A stretch of 64,000 nucleotides of DNA from Candidatus Nanohaloarchaea archaeon (GTDB lineage: Archaea; Nanohalarchaeota; Nanosalinia; Nanosalinales; Nanosalinaceae): NCBI GenBank assembly GCA_014297435.1, contig JACOQA010000001.1, forward strand, positions 192,001 to 256,000, given 5' to 3'. The notes beneath the pieces are model-generated. The model searched no databases. It was not told where the DNA came from and saw only the letters and a program-made list of their open reading frames with translations. Position numbers and translations under genes: made by a program. Position 1 is the stretch's first letter. Every line of letters starts with the position of its first letter. Shown here one piece after another: positions 10,243-18,347 of this stretch.

Positions 10243-10887
10243 ATGAAGGAAGTACAACCCGGCATCTACAGAAAGGATGGAAAGCTCTATACCAAAGCTG
10301 CTTCAGACAAAAAAGTCTACGGCGAACAGCATATTGAATTTGAAGGAGAAACTTTCAGGGAATGGGTTCCCGGAAGATCTAAAGCCGGGGCAGCAGTTAT
10401 GAAAGAAGTCGAACTCGGATTGGAAAAAGATTCAGAGGTTCTTTACTTGGGAGCAGCTTCAGGAACAACTGTATCGCATTTTTCTGACATACTCGAAAAA
10501 GGTTTTGTCGTAGGCGTTGAATATTCTGACACGGTTATACGTCAACTGGTTGAACTTGCGGAACATCGAGAAAACATAGCACCGGTACTTGGAGATGCAA
10601 GAAAGCCTGAAGAGTATGAAGACATGGTTGGAGCTGTCGATGTAGTTTTTCAGGATATATCGCAGAGAGATCAGCCTGAAATCTTTCTCAAGAACTGCAG
10701 GAAATTTTTGAAGAATGGAGGAACGGCTTTACTTGCAGTAAAAGCACGTTCGATGTCATCTTCAAAGACTAAAGGCGAGATATTTGAGGAAGTTAAGGAT
10801 AAAGTTAGAGAAGAGCTTGATATAGTTGAAGAGACTGAGCTTGATCCTTATGAGAAAGAGCATCTCTTTCTTAAGATGAAAAAGTAG
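10243..10887 (+). CDS. flpA: Fibrillarin rRNA/tRNA 2'-O-methyltransferase
   Basis: KVYGE, REWVPGRSK, VLYLGAASGTTVSHFSDI, DISQRDQ, LDPYEKEH. Confidence 0.95.
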   Translation: MKEVQPGIYRKDGKLYTKAASDKKVYGEQHIEFEGETFREWVPGRSKAGAAVMKEVELGLEKDSEVLYLGAASGTTVSHFSDILEKGFVVGVEYSDTVIRQLVELAEHRENIAPVLGDARKPEEYEDMVGAVDVVFQDISQRDQPEIFLKNCRKFLKNGGTALLAVKARSMSSSKTKGEIFEEVKDKVREELDIVEETELDPYEKEHLFLKMKK

Positions 10888-10908
10888 AATGTGGAGGAGA
10901 AGGTCTTG

Positions 10909-11130
10909 CTAGGCTTTTCCCAGCAGACCTCCTAGATCCTTTGAAACCTTGTTTTCTTTGAAGCCTCTGGAGTCGAAGTACTGAGGTTTTTTGCAGCATT
11001 CGGCGTTTGACTCCAGTCGGTTTATTGTTCCCAGCACGGCGTGTTTGCCGGGTAAAACGTTTTTCTCCTCCCTCTCCCCACAATTGTGACACACAAGTTC
11101 GATCATTTTTCTCTCGACCCTCGCAACCAT
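10909..11130 (-). CDS. Small Cys-rich (putative Zn-binding) protein
   Basis: CHNCG...ECCKKP. Confidence 0.6.
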   Translation of the reverse strand: MVARVERKMIELVCHNCGEREEKNVLPGKHAVLGTINRLESNAECCKKPQYFDSRGFKENKVSKDLGGLLGKA

Positions 11131-11222
11131 TAATACTCGAGACTCGCTTTATAAAGGAGCGAGGATTGTTCCGGAAGTTCCGGTAGAAAAAGTCTTTACA
11201 TCGACCAAACAAAAGTAAGGTT

Positions 11223-11390
11223 ATGGAGAAGAAGTGGGAATGTGATGACTGCGGAAGACAACTCGAATCCGAACTCGAACCTCAGAACTGTCCGTGTGGC
11301 TCTGAAGAGATCCGGGCGCAGGAACAGTTATCTATGCTTGAACAGATGATGAAGGACTTCCTTAAAGATAATAGTCCGGGCAGAAGCTAG
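11223..11390 (+). CDS. 55-aa CxxC/CPCG zinc-ribbon microprotein (not in ORF track)
   Basis: Translated by hand: MEKKWECDDCGRQLESELEPQNCPCGSEEIRAQ... Confidence 0.75.
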   Translation: MEKKWECDDCGRQLESELEPQNCPCGSEEIRAQEQLSMLEQMMKDFLKDNSPGRS

Positions 11391-11440
11391 AGACAGAAAG
11401 ATTAATCAATATACTTGAGTGTACACTTTTTGGGGCAACT

Positions 11441-12001
11441 TTGGGAGTCAGACAACTAGATACCGGAACCTCTGAACCTTACAAAAACCTGGTAAAACAG
11501 GACTACGACACCGATTTCTTAGTACGCCGCTCTGACTACGAGGGCGACATACATGACTCGCTTATCGAGGCTATGGAGTACATCAGTGAGGATGAGCTAG
11601 AGGAAATATTCGGAATAAGAAACTTCAACCGGCTTCTAGGCGAAGGATACGAGATGGAAGGAAGTCTGGAAGTAGAGGACTGGGCTATAACCGGTTCATG
11701 CCAGGGCGGAGAAATAGCGGTCGGTCAGACAGTATCCTGTGATGGAAAAGAGGTAATTCCTGGTACAAAAATACCTCGAGACTTCCACCAAGCCATCAAA
11801 TTCGGCGAACGTGTAGAAGAAGAACTGGGAATGAATGTTACAGGTTTCTACGTGGTAAGGACATGCTATGAGCCAGAAGAGGTAAGAAGACACAGAGAAA
11901 GAATCGATGAGAACATAGATTTCTTCGGTTTCGAAAGCATAGACGTCGAAATATATGAACTCGAATCAGAAGAGAAAGAAGGAATTTGGAGACAGGTCTA
12001 A
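11441..12001 (+). CDS. Acidic hypothetical protein
   Basis: 186-aa ORF, TTG start, acidic composition. Confidence 0.65.
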   Translation: MGVRQLDTGTSEPYKNLVKQDYDTDFLVRRSDYEGDIHDSLIEAMEYISEDELEEIFGIRNFNRLLGEGYEMEGSLEVEDWAITGSCQGGEIAVGQTVSCDGKEVIPGTKIPRDFHQAIKFGERVEEELGMNVTGFYVVRTCYEPEEVRRHRERIDENIDFFGFESIDVEIYELESEEKEGIWRQV

Positions 12002-12747
12002 GCCTCCTCTCTAACCCAGTCGTAGCCCTCATTCTCAAGCTTCTCAGCCAGTTCAGCGCCACCAGACTTCACAATGTTCCCATCAACCATGATATGGACA
12101 TGGTCGGGTTCAACGTAGTCAAGAATGCGCTGGTAGTGCGTGATCATCAACATTCCGCGATCTTCCTCAGCAAGCTTATTGATGCCGTTCGCAACCACCT
12201 TCAAAGCATCGATATCAAGTCCTGAGTCGATCTCGTCGAGAACAGCGTACTTAGGCTGAAGAACTGCCATTTGAAGGATCTCGTTCCTCTTCTTCTCGCC
12301 CCCTGAAAAACCGTCATTAAGATATCTCCTTGCGTACTCCTCATCCATATCCAGCATTTCAAGCGCGTCTTCCATCCTTTCACGGAACTCAGACTGCTTG
12401 ATAGGATCTTTTCCGTCTTCCTCACGTTGTGCGTTTATAGCTTCCTTTAAGAACTCGGCGACCGAAATACCTGAGATCTCTGAAGGGTACTGGAAACCAA
12501 GGAAAAGTCCTTCCCTCGCTCTCTCATCCGTTTCCTCATATGTTACATCCTCGCCATCTACGATTATATTGCCAGAGTCGATGCTGTAAACAGGGTTACC
12601 CATCAAAGATTTACATAGAGTGGACTTACCGGAACCGTTAGGTCCCATTATTGCGTGTACTTCTCCGGGTTTAACCTCCAAAGAGACTCCTCTCAAGATT
12701 TTTTCGTCTTCAACCGAGACCTCTAGGTCTTTGACTTCTAGTGTCAT
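11998..12747 (-). CDS. sufC: Fe-S assembly ATPase SufC
   Basis: HAIMGPNGSGKST, FLGFQYP, LNDGFSGGEKKRNEILQ, ITHYQRILDY. Confidence 0.96.
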   Translation of the reverse strand: MTLEVKDLEVSVEDEKILRGVSLEVKPGEVHAIMGPNGSGKSTLCKSLMGNPVYSIDSGNIIVDGEDVTYEETDERAREGLFLGFQYPSEISGISVAEFLKEAINAQREEDGKDPIKQSEFRERMEDALEMLDMDEEYARRYLNDGFSGGEKKRNEILQMAVLQPKYAVLDEIDSGLDIDALKVVANGINKLAEEDRGMLMITHYQRILDYVEPDHVHIMVDGNIVKSGGAELAEKLENEGYDWVREEA

Positions 12748-12785
12748 AATTTATAGCACACTCCAACTTTCTTAACTCCCACTCT

Positions 12786-13136
12786 CTAAGGTTTCAAAGC
12801 TTTCTTTACGGTCTCAAGACCCAGCAAAGCACACTTCATTCTCATAGGTGAAACATCCATGCCTAGTTGGTCCAGCATCCAGTCTTCATCTAGATCCTCA
12901 ACTTCCCCGGTTGTTAGACCTGTAAGTTCCTCAGAAACTATTGAAATAGCTGCTGTGGATATCGCGCAGCCATCAGTCTCGTGTTTAATCTGTTTGATCT
13001 TGTTGTCCTCTATTTCAACGTAAATGTGTGTTTTATCCCCGCATGAAGGATTTTCAGCCTGTGCATCTTTTCCTCTTTCAAGGCTTCCCTCGTTCAAAGG
13101 ATGTTTGTAAAGATCAAGGATTTGGTCGCGGTACAT
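12786..13136 (-). CDS. sufU: SufU/IscU-like scaffold or sulfur-transfer protein
   Basis: MYRDQILDLYKHP, NPSCGD, GCAIS, RMKCA. Confidence 0.9.
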   Translation of the reverse strand: MYRDQILDLYKHPLNEGSLERGKDAQAENPSCGDKTHIYVEIEDNKIKQIKHETDGCAISTAAISIVSEELTGLTTGEVEDLDEDWMLDQLGMDVSPMRMKCALLGLETVKKALKP

Positions 13137-13172
13137 AAATACAAATTTAGCAGGTCAATTCTTATCTAGGTC

Positions 13173-13539
13173 ATGGAAGAGGAACACCGTCGAAGCCTTA
13201 GATGAAATTGAAGAACAGATGGATGAACCCCTCAACTATCTAACCGGTCAAGGACTTGAGGTGATAGAGTATACTGTATCAAGTGATCCTTAAAGAGGAC
13301 GTGGAGAGAACTGTGAGAAAGCGTTTGAAAATATGGATTTTTCAGTCGTAGGCTTTGTTCGTTTTGAATCGTAAGATTATCCCGAAATTGGCATAGAACT
13401 TTTGTATGAGCCGTCCGAAGATTTGGGTTACTTTGCTGTAGCTAATATTGAGGACGAAGAGAGGCTTAAAACTGCTGAAAAATATTTCGAGGACTTAGCG
13501 GGATTGTTAGACTACAACATTGAGGTCGAGTTCAGCTAA
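13173..13539 (+). pseudogene. Degraded acidic ORF between sufU and sufS
   Basis: Frame +1 reads acidic protein-like text with in-frame TAA at 13291 and 13372; ATG 13173 is out of frame. Confidence 0.55.
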
Positions 13540-14713
13540 AGGTTCTTTTTACTTCCTTTACCGCTTCTACCAGTTTTTCTACATCTTTCTCCGTGTTGTA
13601 TAAGTAAGGGGATGCTCTTGTAGTTCCTGATATGTCAAGTGATTCCATAAGTGGTTGTGTGCAGTGATGCCCGGCTCTAACCGCCACGCTGTTCTGATTG
13701 AGTATCTCGGCCACATCGTGAGGATGTGCAAAATCTGTTGTGAAAGAAACCACATAGGTATCTTCTTCAGGTGCGAGCACTTTCACGCCCTCAATGCCGC
13801 TTAAACCTTCTTTCATCTTCCTGCAGAGCTTCCTATCATGCTTTTCTATTTTTTTCATTCCTACGTTTTCCAGGTGTTCGATCGCTGCTGAAAGACCTAC
13901 AGCTCCTGCCACATTAGGTGTGCCAGCTTCAAACTTTTCCGGAACCTCCTCATATTTGACCTCATCTTTTTTCACGGATCTTATCATTCCGCCACCGACT
14001 TTGTACGGTTCCATGCTTTCAAGTAAATCCTTTTTTCCATAGAGTACGCCTATACCTGTCGGTCCCAGCATCTTGTGTCCTGAGAAAACAAGGAAGTCGG
14101 CATCCAACTCCTTAACATCAGTCTTCATTCTAGGAACGGATTGTGCTCCATCGACCATGACAAGCGCGTCGTTTCTATGCGCCAGCTCAACTATTTCTTC
14201 TAATGGGTGCTCTGAACCGGTCACGTTTGAGACATGTGAGATTGTGACGAGAGCGGTTTCTTCGTCGATTATTTCTTCTGCAGCATCCATGTCAAACTCT
14301 CCATTTTCGGTCGGTATGTATTCGAGTTCTAGATTTTCTTCTTCTGCCTTTCTCCTCCAAGGTAGTTGTTCGGAGTGATGAGCTATCTCGGAAACAACTA
14401 TATTTCCTTCAAGCTCAAGAGAGTGTGCAAGAAGGTTGACTGCTTCTGTAGTGTTGTTGACAAAAACGATTTCGTCAGTCCTTGCGTTTATGAAGTCTGC
14501 TACTTTCTTTCTTGATTCTCTGAATTTCTTATTTGCGTCTCCGGCCAGTTCATAAAGTCCACGTCCCACGTTCGCATTATTTTTGCTGTAAAAGCTCTGA
14601 AGCGCATTAATTACCTGTTCCGGTTTCTGGGAAGTGGCGGCCGAATCTAGGTAAACTAGTTCTTCTCTTTCTTGGAAAATTGGAAAGTCTTCCCTCAGTT
14701 TTTCTGGATTCAT
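13532..14713 (-). CDS. sufS: Cysteine desulfurase SufS
   Basis: YLDSAATSQKP, DGAQS, FSGHKMLGPTGIG, FEAGTP, VRAGHHC. Confidence 0.96.
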   Translation of the reverse strand: MNPEKLREDFPIFQEREELVYLDSAATSQKPEQVINALQSFYSKNNANVGRGLYELAGDANKKFRESRKKVADFINARTDEIVFVNNTTEAVNLLAHSLELEGNIVVSEIAHHSEQLPWRRKAEEENLELEYIPTENGEFDMDAAEEIIDEETALVTISHVSNVTGSEHPLEEIVELAHRNDALVMVDGAQSVPRMKTDVKELDADFLVFSGHKMLGPTGIGVLYGKKDLLESMEPYKVGGGMIRSVKKDEVKYEEVPEKFEAGTPNVAGAVGLSAAIEHLENVGMKKIEKHDRKLCRKMKEGLSGIEGVKVLAPEEDTYVVSFTTDFAHPHDVAEILNQNSVAVRAGHHCTQPLMESLDISGTTRASPYLYNTEKDVEKLVEAVKEVKRTFS

Positions 14714-14749
14714 GGAAATTATCTCCGGGTCGAACTTTTTAACAGCAAT

Positions 14750-14926
14750 TCAGTTCCTGATCCATGAGAGAATACCTGAACCAACTGAAACAAACAGGAA
14801 TACTGAGATGAATGCGCCCAGGTTTTTCGGGTTGACCCAACCCGAGGTATAGATGTCCATAAACACGTAGGCCAGAGAACCGCATGTAATTGAGATAGCT
14901 AGGAATTTCCAGTCCTTTTTCTTCAT
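14750..14926 (-). CDS. 58-aa two-TM protein between sufD and sufS (not in ORF track)
   Basis: MKKKDWKFLAISITCGSLAYVFMDIYTSGWVNPKNLGAFISVFLFVSVGSGILSWIRN. Confidence 0.6.
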   Translation of the reverse strand: MKKKDWKFLAISITCGSLAYVFMDIYTSGWVNPKNLGAFISVFLFVSVGSGILSWIRN

Positions 14927-14969
14927 CAGGTTGAGAAACTGATACTTCCAGTTTTAAACCTTATGTTTC

Positions 14970-16046
14970 CTACTTAAGCTTCCTTTCGACCTCATCCCTG
15001 ATCCTTTCTTTCAGGTCAGGAAGCTCTACCTCTTTGAGTACCGGTTCAAAGAAACCCTTGACAATCAGTCTCTGGGCTTTCTCCTCTGAAAGCCCTCGGG
15101 ACTCAAGGTAGTGAAGCTCTTTCTCAGGCAGGTTTCCGGCAGAAGCAGCGTGACTTGCCTCTACGTCCGGATCCTCGATCATCAGTTTTGGGGAAGCATC
15201 AACTTCAGCATCGTTAGAAAGTGTCAAAACGTTTTCGTTTTGGAAGCTCTGTGTGTCGTCTGCTTCATCCTCAACTTTCTGAAGTCCTTCGTATACGGAC
15301 CTTGCCTCGTCGTCCACAACCGCACGTGAATCCATGTCGCACCTCGTGTTAGTTCCTATGTGCCTGACATGAAGCGAGATGTCGACGTGCTGGTCTTCTG
15401 TAGGGTACCATATGCCCTGCATATCGGCTTCGGAGTTGTCTCCTTTCAACACTGTCTCGACCTTAGTCCTGTTCAAATCACCTTCGAACTGCGAGTTCAA
15501 CCATTCTATCTTCGCGTCCCTATCAAGAACTGCTTTTCTACGAGAATAGGAAAGTTCTGACTCGGATGCCTCAACAGAACCATATCTCAAAGTTGAGTTC
15601 TCGCCCAGGTAGAACTCGTTGAAAGAAGTTTGTATCTCATTAGTTCCGGTAAGGCTTTCAGTTACTGTTAGTTCAGCATTTCTGGAGGTCTCGACGACCA
15701 GATGTGAGAAAACATTCGAGGTGGTATCATAATCGAGTTGAACTTCTGCTTCGCCTTCAGCTTCTATGTAGATAATCGAGTTCAGGTTTGCTGCGTGGAA
15801 CGCATTCATCCTGTCCTCATCGACCTTTATTGAATCGAAAAGTTTGTCACCTGCAGCCTCAATAGCTTCCTCGCCCGTAAATACTTCTGCTTCGCCTTCA
15901 ACGTCCATCTCAGGTTGGAAATCTTTCTCTTTGATATTGAATTCTTCTACGTCGGGGTATCGTGTCCATGTTCTTCCCGGCGTCCTTATGCTTGAAGGCA
16001 TTTCGAGTTCTTCAAACTTTTCTTCTGCTTTCTGTTTAAAATTCAT
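14970..16046 (-). CDS. sufD: Fe-S assembly protein SufD
   Basis: ARSVYEG, ASPKLMIEDPDVEASHAASAG, LHYLESRGL; overlaps sufB stop. Confidence 0.92.
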   Translation of the reverse strand: MNFKQKAEEKFEELEMPSSIRTPGRTWTRYPDVEEFNIKEKDFQPEMDVEGEAEVFTGEEAIEAAGDKLFDSIKVDEDRMNAFHAANLNSIIYIEAEGEAEVQLDYDTTSNVFSHLVVETSRNAELTVTESLTGTNEIQTSFNEFYLGENSTLRYGSVEASESELSYSRRKAVLDRDAKIEWLNSQFEGDLNRTKVETVLKGDNSEADMQGIWYPTEDQHVDISLHVRHIGTNTRCDMDSRAVVDDEARSVYEGLQKVEDEADDTQSFQNENVLTLSNDAEVDASPKLMIEDPDVEASHAASAGNLPEKELHYLESRGLSEEKAQRLIVKGFFEPVLKEVELPDLKERIRDEVERKLK

Positions 16047-17437
16047 CCTAGGCTTCCCTCCATCTCTAACTGGATAAGCCTGTTCAACTCAACAGCGTAT
16101 TCAAGAGGTAGCTCCTTCGCTATAGGTTCAATAAATCCTCTTACAATCATCTCTTTAGCCTCCTCCTCTTCTATACCTCTCGACATCAAGTAGTGTATTT
16201 CTTCGTCGCCGATAGATCCTACGGTGGCTTCGTGCGCTACATCAACGTCATCCTCTTTCAACTCAACGTAAGGTTCGGTATCGGAGGTTGCTTCCTCATC
16301 AAACATAAGTGCATCGCATTCGATTGAGGTCTTGCTGCCATGTGCGCCGTTAGCGACTCTTACAAGTCCTCTGTAATTTGTTCTTCCATTATCCTGTGAA
16401 ATTGACTTGGACTCGATAGTTGATTTTGTGTTCGGAGCGTTATGGATTACCTTGGCTCCTGTATCGATGTCCTGTCCTTCTCCGGCGAAAGAAATTGTAA
16501 TGTGGTTGGCTTTAGCCCCTTCTCCATTCAAATGGCTTGAAGGGTAGAGCATCGTTACTTTTGAGCCCATGGAGCCGGAAACCCATTCCATAGTCCCGTT
16601 CTTCTGTACCTTCGCTCTTTTAGTATTCAGGTTGTATGTGTTCTTCGACCAGTTCTGGACAGTTGAGTACTGGACGTGTGCATCTTCTTTGACAAATACC
16701 TCGACACATCCTGAGTGAAGATTGCTACGTGTATATTGTGGGGCTGAACACCCTTCGATATAGTGAACCTGTGAGTTTTCTTCCGCAATAATGAGTGTGT
16801 GTTCGAACTGCCCCATACCTTTCGAATTCATCCTAAAGTAGGCTTGAACAGGTATCTCTACCTCTACACCCTCCGGAACGTAGACAAAAGATCCTCCTGA
16901 CCATACAGCACCGTGTAAAGCAGCGAACTTGTTATCCTGAGCAGGCACACACTTAGTCATGAAGTATTCTTTAACTAGCTCTTCATGTTCCTGCAAAGCT
17001 TTATCCATATCGCAGAAAATGACTCCTTTCTCTTCCCATTCTTCTTTCATATTCTGGTAAACGACTTCGGAATCGTACTGTGCGCCAACGCCGGAAAGTG
17101 CATCTCTTTCTGCTTCAGGTATTCCCAGTCTATCAAATGTTTCTCTTATCTCGTCTGGAACCTCGTCCCACTCGTTACTCTGATCTGCATCCGGCTTGAT
17201 GAATGCAGTAATTTCCTCGAAGTCGATTCCCGAAAGATCTGGACCCCAGTCTGGCATTGGTCTTTTCTTGAAATGCCTGTAGGCTCTTAACCGTTTCTTC
17301 TTCATCCATTCAGGCTCATCTTTCTGTTCTGATATTTCTTCAATTATCTCTTCGGAGAGACCTTTTCCTGAGTCATATGCGGGTTCAGAATCTACTTTGT
17401 GGTCGAAACGTTCCTGGTTTTTCTCAACTTCAGACAT
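16043..17437 (-). CDS. sufB: Fe-S assembly protein SufB
   Basis: GVGAQYDSEVVY, WSGGSFVYVP, HYIEGCSAP, VQNWSKN, AHEATVG; no intein. Confidence 0.97.
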   Translation of the reverse strand: MSEVEKNQERFDHKVDSEPAYDSGKGLSEEIIEEISEQKDEPEWMKKKRLRAYRHFKKRPMPDWGPDLSGIDFEEITAFIKPDADQSNEWDEVPDEIRETFDRLGIPEAERDALSGVGAQYDSEVVYQNMKEEWEEKGVIFCDMDKALQEHEELVKEYFMTKCVPAQDNKFAALHGAVWSGGSFVYVPEGVEVEIPVQAYFRMNSKGMGQFEHTLIIAEENSQVHYIEGCSAPQYTRSNLHSGCVEVFVKEDAHVQYSTVQNWSKNTYNLNTKRAKVQKNGTMEWVSGSMGSKVTMLYPSSHLNGEGAKANHITISFAGEGQDIDTGAKVIHNAPNTKSTIESKSISQDNGRTNYRGLVRVANGAHGSKTSIECDALMFDEEATSDTEPYVELKEDDVDVAHEATVGSIGDEEIHYLMSRGIEEEEAKEMIVRGFIEPIAKELPLEYAVELNRLIQLEMEGSLG

Positions 17438-17521
17438 ATCAAATAATTCCCCATGAAGCTTTAAATCCTGACTTATCTACCAGGATTCTGTGATAAAGTT
17501 TTCTTTATATTTGAGTAAGGT

Positions 17522-17911
17522 ATGCCGACGCACTATGGTGAGAGAATATATGATTCCGTCAGTAAAAGAGATTTGGAAGAAGGATTGAGGGATTTAAGAG
17601 ATCCCATAGGTGAATTGCTTGACGATTCAGTGGATGAGAGCTCATCAGTATATTCATTCGGTGTTGAGGACGTAAGCGAAATAGGATTTAATGAAGAATA
17701 CTCTTTCACTTCAGGTCAGGAACAAGAACTTGATCTATCTATAGCTCTTGCAGAACTAGATGGTCGCAGGCTTATGACCAGTATTTATCGTGATGGGAAT
17801 GAAGATATCTACGAAGAATTTACAGAAAAGATTGATGAAGCAATTGAGGGTCTAAAGGCAGGTAAGAGATGCACAAGCTCTAACAGTGAGACCTGGGTAT
17901 TTAACCCTTGA
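17522..17911 (+). CDS. Acidic hypothetical protein
   Basis: 129-aa ORF with upstream TATA-like tttatat. Confidence 0.65.
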   Translation: MPTHYGERIYDSVSKRDLEEGLRDLRDPIGELLDDSVDESSSVYSFGVEDVSEIGFNEEYSFTSGQEQELDLSIALAELDGRRLMTSIYRDGNEDIYEEFTEKIDEAIEGLKAGKRCTSSNSETWVFNP

Positions 17912-18293
17912 TTTCTGATGAAGAGTAGCCCTCTCTTTCTTTTATCCTATGTACCTCAACTTTGTGATTTGTTGCATCCTCTGCCATTTCCTTCACTTCT
18001 TCGTCTGAGTGTTTCTGATCGTGACCTAGAGTGATGATATCCGGATCAACTTCCTTCACGGTCGAGTATATGTCGCCTTCTGAGCCCAGAACAGCTCTAT
18101 CAACAACTTCGAGAGAATCAAGCATTTCTCTTCTTTCTTCCTCAGAAAACTCCAGATCTTTTCTTCCTCTAACTCGAGAGTCTCTAGCAACAACTACAAT
18201 CAGTTTATCGCCCAGATCAGCTGACCTTTCCAGATAATACAGGTGACCTGGATGAAGCACATCGAAAGTTCCCTGAGCCATCACGTTCTTCAT
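17901..18293 (-). CDS. ribL: FAD synthase (cytidylyltransferase-like)
   Basis: AQGTFDVLHPGHLYYL, VVARD, PDIITLGHDQ, YSSSEIK. Confidence 0.85.
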   Translation of the reverse strand: MKNVMAQGTFDVLHPGHLYYLERSADLGDKLIVVVARDSRVRGRKDLEFSEEERREMLDSLEVVDRAVLGSEGDIYSTVKEVDPDIITLGHDQKHSDEEVKEMAEDATNHKVEVHRIKEREGYSSSEIKG

Positions 18294-18347
18294 GGAGAGT
18301 GATACTATGGTTATGCACTTAAGGCTTGATATTTGAGTGTCGAGTTT

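Noticed and set aside
16043-17437. Intein in SufB as the source of the LAGLIDADG gene
   Set aside because: SufB is normal length and uninterrupted, and the endonuclease has no splicing motifs.
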